A DNA stretch of 64,000 nt, from assembly GCA_002633005.1 (NCBI GenBank), contig NMRA01000012.1, forward strand, positions 586,487 to 650,486, written 5' to 3'. The notes under the pieces were generated by a model. The model had not been told where the DNA came from. It was given only the letters and a program-made list of their open reading frames with translations, and made no database searches. Below, piece by piece: positions 52,520 through 64,000 of this stretch. Origin of the DNA: Phoronis australis. Lineage: Eukaryota; Animalia; Phoronida. Both the position numbers and the translations under genes were made by a program. Numbering within the stretch: position 1 is the stretch's first letter; each line of letters begins with the position of its first letter.

Positions 52520-54121
52520 GTGAGGGGCATGGCCGCAAGCAATAACCAACTGTCATCCTCCTAATAAAAAGCCAGAAATCTAATTTGAAAACGGAGAAAG
52601 TTGAGATCTGTGTTGTAATGGCTTAAGAAGCAGGAGGGGTCAGGGTGTGTTTGTGTCTGCCCCAGTCTAAAGTATTGGGAAGTGGACATAGGGTTCTATC
52701 CCCAAGATTTCGGGTAACAATAAAACAATAACATATAAGTAGCAAAAAGTTATGCTGTATGACACCAAGTTAAGCGTTTCAATTAAACCCAGATCTTGTT
52801 TTAAAATTTAAATCAAAAAGTGAAGATTTATTTTGAGATGAATGTTGTGACAAACATTGTTAATGAAATACTCCTGAATAATACATGTTAAAATTGAACA
52901 GAAATTACAGGGTGAACCCTGCTCATTCACATGGTCCGGTCATCGTTTGATGATCAAAGAAGAATGGATAAAAGAAAAGGGAGAGGACAACCTCGGTGAC
53001 TGTTGCATTCTTAGTACGTCTTCAGTTACAGGTTGTCTATTCTGCATCATACAACCCCACAGAAGTAGGAAGCAGCAGGCAAGGGGGGTTGTCCATCATA
53101 AAAGACAGGGAACAGTTCCTTTGACAAGTGTCAGGATGCCTGTAAAAGATCGATTTGTTTTTATTTTTCCTTTGAAATGACCTCCAAAATGATAATCTTA
53201 ATTTGCCCTTAATCTTTATTTCCCGGCTATGGCGAACCTTTTTAACTTTGAGGAGGGTCTTTTGTTCTCAATGTCTCCTATTTTGCATAAACTGCCGGTC
53301 AGAGATGAGGAGGTTTGCAGGTACCTGTCATTCTTAGACCCGATCAAGTGGGTATACCCCGTTCACTTTGGTCAATTACTTATTCTGGCTGTCTTAGACC
53401 TATTTGAAGAATGGCAACCTACAGTCTCAAGTAATTTTTTAGTACTGACGCACACAGTGGTCAAACACAACCGTAGTTAATAATAAACTACTCATTACAA
53501 TGAGCCATCTGTGGCCTTCCAAGGTAATAACAAAATCTAATATTGGTACTTTCTGTAACTGCGCTCTTTTAAAAATACATTAAAATACATTAGTATGATT
53601 TTTCTGTAAAGGTGCACAGTCATTGGATCATATCTGTCTCTTTTTTCTTCCCGGCTTCATTCCAGATACCGAAACAATATACAGAGGGTGAGGTTGCCAA
53701 GAAAAGATCTTTTGTCCTTTATGATCGATTTTAGTGTGTATATTAGCACCGACTCCAACCTCGCTGAAAAGCACCCTTGTGGCATTTTTGGCCTGTGTAT
53801 GAGTGTACCTGTAGTAAGTTTTTCTCAACCTCCTTCAATAACTCTACGAAACGAGTGGTGTCGGTTTGATGCTTTTCGCGCAGCCCAAAACACTGCACCT
53901 TCCAATCATTAAATGCTTCTACGCGTAGATGTGGGTAAGTGGCTTAAATCAAAATTTCTTTTTGGCAGAAGACTGGTTTGTAGTACAATGACAAATAACC
54001 TTTACATAGCAAAACATAATTGGTTCAGGGGCCTTTTTCTTATCCTTTAGATTCTCCTTAAATTTTAACTGCATCCAGGTGTAAAAGCTACACTAGGATC
54101 ACCTTCAGTGAACCAGACATT

Positions 54122-55128
54122 ATGAAAAAGATCTGGAATTACAACCTCATTAACATGGACAAACTGCGCACCGACCTAACCGCATTTAACTGGACTGAAA
54201 TACTTAACAAAAGTGACATAAATGACGCACTCTACAACATACTAGATAATAATATCCCGTCAACCATGAGAACAATAAAAAAACAAGAACAAATCGTGGT
54301 TTAACATTAAAATTAAGTCTCAAATAAATATAAAGAAATAAACTATAGGTCATTCAGAAGATCAAATAACCCGTGCACGTTTAATTGCTACAAAGAACAG
54401 TGCAAGAGTGTGGAAGAGCAAATTGAAAAGACAAAACAAGACTATAAGATGAAAATCATCTCCAACATCAACAATATCTCCAAAAATTATAAGGAATATT
54501 GGGTAAACAAAATTCGAAGACAGGTAAAACAATCATCATACCCCACCATCCACTCGAAGGAATCCAACACTCGGGCGTCATCCAAAGCTGAAAAAAGTTA
54601 TTTCTAGACTACTTCACCGCCAAGAGTCATGCACATTGCACCAACAACAAACTTTCCTGTATTCCCAAACAACATTGGAACACCTCTGTGACATACAAGC
54701 CCATCTGAAGTCCGAAAACGACTAGAAAACATCGACGAAAACAAAAACGACGGTACCAATCAATAACCAATAAAATGATCAAGATAATAGGAAGAGAGCT
54801 AATAGTTCCTCTGACAACATTATACAACAAAATACTACAATCTGGAAAATTTCCTTTGGACTGGAAACTTGGTGTTATGATACCAATACACAAAAAGAAC
54901 TCCAAAACAGACACTGCCAACTATCGCCCCATAACACCTTATCCAAAATTTTAGAAAAAAACATTGCTCAACATATGTTTGACCTCTTTTCACAAAACCT
55001 CGTATATCGTCGCCAATTTGGATTCATGCCTGGTAACAGCACTGTCCCAACTTACAGAAATTGTACATGAAATCCACCTCCAGTTTGAGCAAGGGTACAA
55101 CGTGAGATCCGTAGTTTTAGACTTTGCG
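54122..55128 (+). mobile_element. Degenerate CR1/L2-clade LINE ORF2 fragment (pre-RT and RT N-terminus)
   Basis: Frameshifted and stop-containing translation includes IWNYNLINMDKLRTDLTAFNW, GKFPLDWKLGVMIPIHKK..DTANYRPI, LSKILEK, QFGFMPGNST and QLTEIVHEI...VRSVVLDFA; ends at the first RT aspartate motif; strongly A/C-rich strand. Confidence 0.88.
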
Positions 55129-57042
55129 TGCACTATGCATACTTACTTCTTTTCCCGGACCAATCATTTTTCGGTTCAAAAGATCGTATGCAATATAAAA
55201 TATAAAACGGAAATGTCATTTTACCTCAGGAAGAAACGATTTTATAACAGTGAAATTCCTAATTCAATTTTCGTTTTTAGCCACCTGAACAGGCTTTGAA
55301 CACATGGGCATGTATCCAAAATAATGTGTTATCTAAAATTCTTCAAGCTTCGCATTTAGCCGCATGCCCATTGGCTTCATCCAGAGGCGCTGACGGCTAT
55401 CCCTTGTATACGCGTATCGATGTTTTACCCGAGTATTTTTTAACATTCACAATTTTGGTAATTTAAAAACCATCTTAAACCATCTACGGTTTAAAATATC
55501 AGTTTTCTACACCTGCCCTTCAACAAAGCAACGTCATTGCATTCTTATTAGGCGATCATGCACCTATGTTAACAAATAGATACATAAAATATAACTCTGG
55601 ACTTACCATTAAGCACTAATCTTCCGACTTTGCGGAGCCGCCTTGCTCCTACTGAGGATTAGTTCCCACAAATCTGTCGCCCTCTGCCAGTGTTAATCAA
55701 CAATTGTAAGGCCCTGGACCTCGAGTCTGTAAGTCCGATACCCTCCATGTGTATTCAGAGCGGTTCTTGGTTTTAACTGGCCCGGCGGGCCAGCACTTTT
55801 ATTCGCTGAAGTTCGAACACTGAGCCCAACCCGGGTAACCACAATTATTCAGAGCCCCAAGGAATAAGGGGTGTATATCTCCTAATTTATGCTCCAGCGG
55901 ATGGTAAGTTGGTACTGGTCCTTAGCGAAGTTTGTTTTGTAGTAAGTCCAAAAGTTGAGTTATATATTTTTTTTTGCATCTATCATCGCTTTCTTATCGA
56001 ACCATGACAAGCAACAACTTTGGTTTAAACTAAAATTCTAGAAATGAAAGACGATTTTGGCTGAAGAGGGAGTTAATTGCTATTTTAAAAAGTTTTAATG
56101 TTCAAACTGCTATGATCCACCTTCCGACCCAAAACTCGCTTTTGGTTTAAACATTCCGGGATAGTTGTAAAACAAGCCTCCACTTGTGCATTGCTTCGAT
56201 TAGAAGCGATTTTGGGGCTTTTGAATAACTGACAATTCGTTGTTACTTGAACCAGGCTCGACCCAACGCAACCGTATGCGGCCTAAATTAAAAGAACGTT
56301 GACTGATGACGTCGGTTTACATCATCTTTACCAGTGCTTGATTAAAATACTTAGGAGTTTTCGCGAGTGATTCGTTTTATTTGTAACACACCATGATTGG
56401 TGACTTTTACCGTAAACTACTATACGTAGTTTGTTTCAAATGGATTTTTAGGTGTCGAAGACAGTTGAATATTTTGTGGGTATTTCCCATTGTTTATTAC
56501 TTGTATTTAGTGCATTAGTGATCGTAAGTGTAACCAGAACAACATTAAAAGGCTTTATTCAATGGAGTTCGCTTCACGTTATCGTCATGGGAAGTGGCGG
56601 TAAATATACTGTCCATGACTACAAAAAAAGCGATTTGGACTCGAGGCGATGCCTGACAAAATCGGTCGCTTCGTCAAAATACATGCTGCTTTGGTCCCCT
56701 TAGATGTTTCGACAATGAGAAGGTGACATTGGATGTCACGGGCACAGCCTCTAACTTTCGCCCCGTCTTACGATGGAGATCACAAACAGCTTGCAGTTAT
56801 TGATAAAGTCATACATCCGGAAACGTTTGTGACGTCTGGGGTAAACATGGAGAAGACAAATCGGCAGTTAAAGGCCATCGTCAGGAATCGACCGTCATAG
56901 CTAATAACTTCAAAAGGTTATCCTACTCACTAATGGTCCCCAAAATGCGTTTTTCGGTCGTAAAATGATTATGTCCCTCTAGTTGCAAGACTTTCAAATG
57001 GTTACGTAATCTTTAGGCAAATTCCGAAGGGATGGGAGAGAG

Positions 57043-57430
57043 AAAGAAATTTTTATTTTTAAATCACATAAAACATGGGTGGCCAGCAAAGGCACGGGAC
57101 GCTAATAGCTGACCACCGAGTAACAATAAATTGAATAGATATTAACAATTTTAATTGTTAATATTTAAAAAAAACAATATAAATAACAACAGAAAAAAGA
57201 ACAATGAAATAAAATACAAAGCAAGTTTATTTAATAACGTAAATTGAATGCATTTTACACAGAATTAAACATAGAGACTAGGAAACCGCACACCAATACA
57301 TGTATTATATTAAGGGCTCAGCCGGGAGAGCACGATAGACGAGCCTCCCCAGGGAGTTTGAGAGCCCTCCCCAAGAATTGTTTTAAATTCTGGTTCATTC
57401 CAGTGGTAGCCTGTGTGTCAAACTTGCACT
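57043..57430 (-). mobile_element. Probable LINE 3' UTR remnant
   Basis: Minus strand is T-rich and ends in AATAAA plus a (TTTC)-like tail, with GC-rich stem segments at about 57313-57372 like those in CR1-type 3' UTRs. No clear protein match. Confidence 0.3.
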
Positions 57431-59641
57431 TTTAGCACCGCAATTCGTTAGACATGTACACTGCATGGGCGGCGCACCATAGGGGGCTGGGGGCAATAGC
57501 CCCCCCACTTATTTCAGTGCTGCGCCGCCCATGCATTGTGCTCTTGACGGTTGACCGTGTGATCAACACCGCAAGTTGTGTGCGAACAACCTCATCTTCA
57601 TTAAGAATGCTTAATAACAATCCTTAAAAGAAATATAATTCTTTGAATTCTTTGGGATAAATTAGTACCTATATCTATTAAGCCACATAGAATATCGGCT
57701 ATGTGTAATTTACAAATAGTAGTCTTCAAGTTATATCTTTCGATTCCAGTCTATGCTTCATGTCTCGAAGGTGCATTCGTTCATATTCTGCGGTTTTTAT
57801 GACCAATTTGAAATTATCTCCATAGTTCCTGGTGAAAAGTTGGCAGGGCAGGAGTTATTGGGAGCAAAGGGCAGTTGTCCCGGGCCGCACCATCAAGAGA
57901 AGACTCCGTTAGAATGGGAACCACTAATTAATGTGAAAGGCTGTGTCATTAAAATGAAATGGAAAAGTGACAGTTAACTCCATCATCGAAAGACCGGCTC
58001 CCAAGAGGATAGTTACGTTGCACCGTTTAATTAACAAGGGCCAAATTTGGCTGACTTCTGCCGTAACATCACATCTTAGAAACGTCGAAACTTTCAGAAA
58101 CTGATGCCTTATGCCCTCTTCTCAAACACATCATTAGAAAAGAAATTGTTTTTAAAAAGTTCCACTTTTGCATGAGGGCTATCAAAAATAGGACAAGTGA
58201 TTTTCATGAAAAATCTTTAAACATGAATGGAACGGAAACAAAAAGATATCTTAAGAAGGTGTAACAGCGTTTTTAATAGCCACTTTGATCATTTATATCA
58301 AATAAAATTTAATCATGTCAATCTTGTTTTTTTCCTAAATTTTACTAAAAAGACATGGTCGCGTTACCCAATTAATAACCGATTCATAAAAAGTCAAAAA
58401 TCAAATTCTACAGATTTCAGAACACATGTATTTTACTTTCTTAAAATTTATAGTTTTCTAGATATTTTGCTAAATGCACAGAACTGTTGAAATGGTCCTA
58501 CGTAAAAGGTTCCACGATTTCATAAAAACAGGGAGAGGCAAGTGGTTGCATCACTTGGTCTCCTCTCCCTGACGGGCCCCTCAAGAAGAAAGCGTAAGAA
58601 TAAAAATGGGAAAAAGATGGCCATGGATGCCATCAACGGTCCCATCAAGGGTCGGGGACCCTAATTATGAGGGTCAGTAGTGCCCGATACATAAACATCA
58701 GCGTCCGTCTGCACCAGGTATCATCTGTCATATGATGTATGCAATAGCGGAGTTGCAACCGAATCGATTTAACGATTGCGCATGTCCGGAAATTAGGTTG
58801 CGCAAAGGCTATTGGGATTGATTAACGTATGAGGAATGGCCGATTGGTTTGCACGACGTGTGATTTGTGTGCATTGAACTACGCTGCTGTATGTAATTCT
58901 GCCGCTATTCGCCTTAATAAGCGCCCATGCCCCTATAAGTGTCCCCACGCGTTTTCAGACTTCGCTAAAGAAAGCGCCCAGCCCATGAACTACATGCGAA
59001 AAATGCCTTACCTACGGTTCTAAAATTCTACGTCTCCAATTTATCAATTGAAAGATCCGACAGTCCTGAATTTGTAGACCACGAGCCTCACCGTCTGTTA
59101 TGTCCGTATACACTTCAAACTTACCCCGCGATTCAAAAAGAACGCAAACGTTTTGCTGCTCTTGCGAGGAATGTGCCCCACTATGGTCTGGACTTTGAAA
59201 ACAGACGGACGCAGCGTACTTGTCAGCGGGATTGCATTGTATCTTTCCGGTAGGCCTACAGATCTTTTCCGGGCTCAACAGGAATCCAAACTTCTTTGCA
59301 CACGTGAAAACTGTGAATCGAAGAGTAATGAAAATAAATCGACCAGTGTTAGCACGCGGCCAAGAAGCGCGCGCTGCATAATGTACCGGCTGTCATAGAA
59401 GACATTTAGTCGGGAACTATCTACTCATGAAACCGGTAACATATAGCATCGGCAAGAAATAAATATTGGCACTAATTTCCAAGTTTCTAATACCGTAAAA
59501 AAATTTTGCATTATTTTTAAGAGAAAACATTTAACTAATCATAATTGGTGTTTTTAAAGTCAAAATGACCCACTGATAGTGAACACATTCCCACCCTTAC
59601 ACCCCGAATATTCCGGAAAATGATATTTCACTTGTTAAATA

Positions 59642-60961
59642 TATTTATGTGAGAATATGGACTCCTCCCTCTTATACCCCATCTTTCGGACGCCCCTTGG
59701 CACTCCATCCCCTCCTCCCAAACCACCTCTCCTCATCGCACCCCCGGCTACTGCTGGTCCTACAACTCCCACACCTGCCTAAGCCCCCCACTCAGTGTCC
59801 CTACCTCCATGTCTGCTCCTCTTGCAATGGCAAACACCCGGCTAAGTCTTGTTGCAGGCAGCCCCCAGCGTCCGCTTCTTCCGTCCCCCTACCCCTCCTC
59901 GCATCCGTTTTGCCCATTCTTGCCTGCAACCTCCCTTCCCTCACCGTTTTCAGTATTGCCTGCCCCTTCGGTCCTACCTCTTTGGTGTCAGTATTGCCTG
60001 CACCTTTTTCTCCTCTATCCCTTGCCTCCTCCCATCCCTCCCCCATCCCCTCCCTCTGGCATTAGTATTGCCGGTTGTATCTAGGGTATTTCTTCTTAGC
60101 TTTTCTGTTGTTGTAATACCTTCCGTGGATGTTTTTAGTTTCCTCACGTTGTTCCTAGTTTGTACTCATTTCGGCTTACTGCCTAAGTTATTGTTCAGTT
60201 TATCCACTTCTCTCACTCATCTGTTAGCCAAATTTTATTACTTCTCTCCGTCCCTGTTAGTCACTTTGTATTATTTCGCCAGTTTACTTAGGGTTAGTTT
60301 CTTTTCTCGGTTAATTAATACTGTTATTTTGTTTATATCGTCACCTTGGGTACTTCAGTTTCTGTTAGCCGCTCTGTTTTTCATATCTTACGTACTTTCT
60401 CTTTTGGTTCGGGCTTAGCCCTGCATAGCCTCTGTAACATTCAGTTCATGCTGTTGTTCGTTTACGGGGTCCTTATATACCTCTTTCCTTATCTTACTTA
60501 TGGTACTTTCGTTTCACTCCGTGTATCTTGTTTTTCCCATTTACCACTTTGCCGCTTTGTCTCATCGACACCAGGGTGAGTTCACACACGGCAGCTGTTG
60601 CAGCACTTGGGTAAACGTACCTCCCCCTCCAGCCTTGGCCCCTGGAGTTAGGGTTGGGTATCCGGCTGCCAGCCTCTGTAAGTATGCGAATCTACACAAT
60701 ACCTCCTTTTTCCTCCCTTTTCTTTTGGTGCATCCCTGCGCATGGGCATGAGCTGTCTTCAACATCTCTCGTGGCGCTTTTTATTGTCCATCTTTCCAGA
60801 GATTATTATTTTATCTTTATGTTATTTGTACACTCATATTTCTGTACCTTATCAGTCATAATAAATTACGTTATATCGCCTATACACGGTCTCCTTTGTA
60901 TCTCTGGAAACGGAGCTTGCGACGCACCTATTATTTTCGGGACATATTCCGAGCATAAATA
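59642..60961 (+). mobile_element. DIRS-like (tyrosine-recombinase retrotransposon) internally deleted remnant
   Basis: Gag-type motif CPYLHVCSSCNGKHPAKSC within ORF 59649-60065; strongly pyrimidine-skewed body; imperfect terminal inverted match TATTTATGTGAGAATATG (59642-59659) with CATATTCCGAGCATAAATA (60943-60961). No RT or recombinase frame seen. Confidence 0.55.
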
Positions 60962-62789
60962 GCTGTTACACTACGGTCATGCATCCACTCACCCAGCGAC
61001 TCAATGAGTGACATGTCGGTCTTGCCGAAACAATTCTCGAACGTTTTTTTGCAGATGAGGCCAGCAAGTGCTAAATATTAAAACACGCTCTGCTTGACTG
61101 CTTGACTTAAATTTCTTTGGTTACAATGCACACCTAGATCATTACATCGCATTTACTCTGGCAAATAAACTCTGATAACAAGCACACGCACGCTTACTCT
61201 CACACACACGCATACAATCTTCAAAACAAACGTCACGTGACAGCAACACGTGTGTTCCCGCCTCCAGAGATTTTTCTCGTGTTGCGGGCTACAATCTAGC
61301 GCAGATTTGGACTTAATCTGCAGTTAATCCTGGCTCCACAAGAACTTAAAAATCTTAGAGACGCTATTTGGAAAACTTAAGGAGGATTTCAAGTAATTTG
61401 TTGAGTCGAAACCGTTTAGTATTCTTATTCAAGAGTTCAAGTTGCCCTGACCATTGCGAGACCGGTAGCTACGCATCTGTCGGCGAGATTTCTCCCTGGG
61501 ATTTCAGCACAATTTTCTAAAAAAATGATCGTAATTTAACTACGAATTTTGATAGCAATGCACCACAATTTTGTAGAAAGTAAATAATAATATTCTGGAC
61601 TTTGTCTTAGCACGTTAATGCATAGTGTGCATTAAGTGAGTCGACAGAACAGGTGATTGTGCAGAGGCATTATCCTCAAAGTTGCTCAGGTTGGCTTGGT
61701 TCTGGTCAAGCGAAAACAAGTTTTTTTTTCACTACCCTCCGCCGTGGAGTATTTGTTGCTGTTTCTTTCACGGGAAATATTGTTGGGCAGTTTCCAAGAT
61801 ACGTTTTCTTGCCGCCCTCAAAATGGCGCTGCATACTTTATGCCACGAAGTCGGAAAGAATTCACTAAGTTGGCCTTTGCTACCAGCTCTACCGATGTGT
61901 CTGACCCATGTTTACGCAGTTCTTGATCCTTGGGAAACAGGTAGTAACTAAATTCTTTACCTCGCTATCTGTTATTATAGCTGCCAGGCACACAACACGT
62001 ATAACCTCCCTGTGGCCGGTTCGCCCCCACGCTTGCCGACGTACTTGTTTACTGAATAATACCGACTTAACTACCATGCAGCATTCTGACCCATTTCCGA
62101 TATGGCGGCGTTGCAACTCCGCTATCAAAAATCGGAAAGAAAGAGCGACATATGACTCTATTTTCCCTTCACAGACAGGGGTTGAAATCCATGACTGTTA
62201 AGTTTTACATACTATTAGCTTGCCATCAAAATCTGATGCTCTGGAAAACCTCTGAAAATCTGAACAACTGTTCCCGGACTTTGTTAAAGTAGGTATGATT
62301 AAGAGTGCTTTTCAATAGCCTTTAGACAACAAAAATGGGACCCCTAACAAAAACGTCCCAGCCATGAGCTGTACGAGAACAATTCGTAAGTACTTTTACC
62401 ATACAATGTATTTTTTCTTGTATGAATAAATAAAGTATTTCTAAGTCATTATTTTAAAAGTTTCCAGTGCGTTTAGGTTGTACATTTGTGAAAAAGAACT
62501 CTATATGTATTATTGTCACACGTGTTAAACAATAGGAGGGCGCTGTAAACAACAGTATCAGCCTGCAACCTCAAACGAGAAACCTATTTCTGGTACTTTC
62601 GGTTGATGCTACCACGGGTACCAGAAAAAAAATCCTTGGCATTACTGTTAAAACAATTCAGCTCAGTTGATTTCGTCGGCATATAAATATGTTAATCAGA
62701 AATTAGAGAAGTGTTCGTGAAGTATATTACAGTGGAATGCTGAAACCCACTGAATATATATCGCTCTCTATCGGACTTTCAGTAGAACT

Positions 62790-63585
62790 GGGATCCTTTG
62801 TTACCTCTAGTGGAGGAAGATGAGTCAGACTGCACCTGATGATGAGAGATTCGACAGTCCTATGCAGTCATTTGTTCATGGTCGTTACCCGAATGTTTGT
62901 AAATGGTCATATGCAGAAACGGTCAGAAACGCCGAGGCGAGCCTTCGACAGAAGATTAATAGGAGCTACTCAGACGGGGTGTGCTGCACTCAGCTGGTCA
63001 TCTCGCAAGTGGTTCACAAGGGTAGGTACGAAAGTCTATCACCAGATGAGTGTCGAAGAGGCCCGCTCTCTTGAGGAAAAGAAAAGATCAGCTATATCTA
63101 CCGAGCACGCAAAGCAGTGTACGTGGACTACATGGCATGCGGCGCTATCACGAAAGATTACACCAGCCTCACTATTTGCAGCGGAAAACCTGACAGTATC
63201 GTTTCTCCTGAGAGCTACTTTTGACCTTCTTCCCACTGACTCCTACCAACCTGAAACAATGGGGTATGTCTGACTCGCACCTCTGCAACTGGTGTCACAA
63301 AGAACGTGATGCCCGTGTTCTAAGCAATGGGGCCACAATCAAGTTCTGGATGTCCTGTCAGAATTACTGAATGCTCACGCAATTCATCCGCGAGGCAAAG
63401 CTTCCTCCGCGTGCAAAGAAGCAAGGAAAGCAACTGAAGCTGTTGTGTAGTGCTATGATCGAAAAGTCAGGACCGACCTAGGATCGGCTCTTTGATTCTC
63501 CGACCAGAATACATTGACTAATGAGCATCCCGGTACTGTGATTTGGTCGGACTTTTTGAAAAGATTGCTGTTGATCGAGATGCAC
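62790..63585 (+). mobile_element. Degenerate RLE-type non-LTR retrotransposon (Hero-like), C-terminal part
   Basis: Across frameshifts: MRDS...KWSYAETVRNAEASLRQK..GATQTGCAAL..QCTWTTW...SFLLRATFDLLPT..NLKQWGM..LCNWC..WGHNQVL..HPGTVIWS...LLLIE. This fits a decayed zinc knuckle followed by a PD-(D/E)xK restriction-like endonuclease. Confidence 0.75.
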
Positions 63586-63901
63586 ATAAAAGAAAGAAAA
63601 CACGAAGGAGCCATTAAGATCGCAATATGAGGGAAGAGTGTGAGCAGCCATGCTTTACATTACTCAAATAATGATTGTCAATGTACAACTTCTGCCCTGA
63701 CGGTGCTGTGTCCAAAGCGGAACCTGAATTCGCGGCCCCCGACAAGTAAGTAGATTTGCAGTTTTGTGGATAATTCACCAACATAATCACGTGCACATCG
63801 GCGTACACATTACTTAGACTCACTATTATAGTATTTTCTTGACTGGAAGTTTAGTTTCCGCTGATTTTTGGCTGGTTTATGTTCGTGATGTTTGATCAGT
63901 T

Positions 63902-63987
63902 TCCGAGCCACTGACCGGGATAACGAGTCAATCCGGCCGGCCGCGACGGGCCTGATCGGACTCCGAGCCACTGGCCAGGATAACAAG
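63902..63987. repeat. Two-copy direct repeat with about 60-bp spacing
   Basis: TCCGAGCCACTGACCGGGATAACGAG and TCCGAGCCACTGGCCAGGATAACAAG; may continue beyond the window. Confidence 0.55.
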
Positions 63988-64000
63988 CGTTTTGTGTTTA

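Noticed and set aside
52920-53910. Coding-looking stretch downstream of PrimPol
   Set aside because: The minus-strand frames I translated are interrupted by stops, the plus-strand ORFs are short, and I recognise no family.
59849-60418. 189-aa hydrophobic ORF as a membrane protein
   Set aside because: The F/L/S bias follows from pyrimidine-rich low-complexity DNA in the DIRS-like remnant, and it has no ATG start.
1-64000. Most entries in the six-frame ORF track
   Set aside because: They are short, lack recognisable domains and fall in introns or repeats. Only those overlapping the spliced exons or retroelement fragments carry signal.

Overview
Intron-rich, AT-rich animal genomic DNA, probably an invertebrate; the taxon cannot be assigned from this sequence. 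Two spliced genes sit head-to-head with about 3.45 kb between their start codons. On the minus strand are the first five coding exons of a Bicaudal-C gene (BICC1, KH-domain RNA-binding protein; 31310 down to 1123, continuing beyond the left edge), including an 18.3-kb intron. On the plus strand is a complete 12-exon PrimPol gene (34765-49614, 637 aa by manual splicing) with AEP motifs I-III, a UL52-type zinc finger and three RPA-binding-like acidic motifs. The rest is intronic or intergenic and carries transposon remnants: a 629-bp foldback element with an 8-bp target-site duplication, Tc1/mariner MITEs, Helentron/HINE-like elements, CR1/L2-type LINE fragments, a DIRS-like remnant and a Hero-like retrotransposon fragment. 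I found no convincing novel multi-gene system. The best leads are the foldback in PrimPol intron 1, the triplicated C-terminal motif of PrimPol and an E-box cluster in BICC1. All coordinates were derived by eye and no database searches were run.
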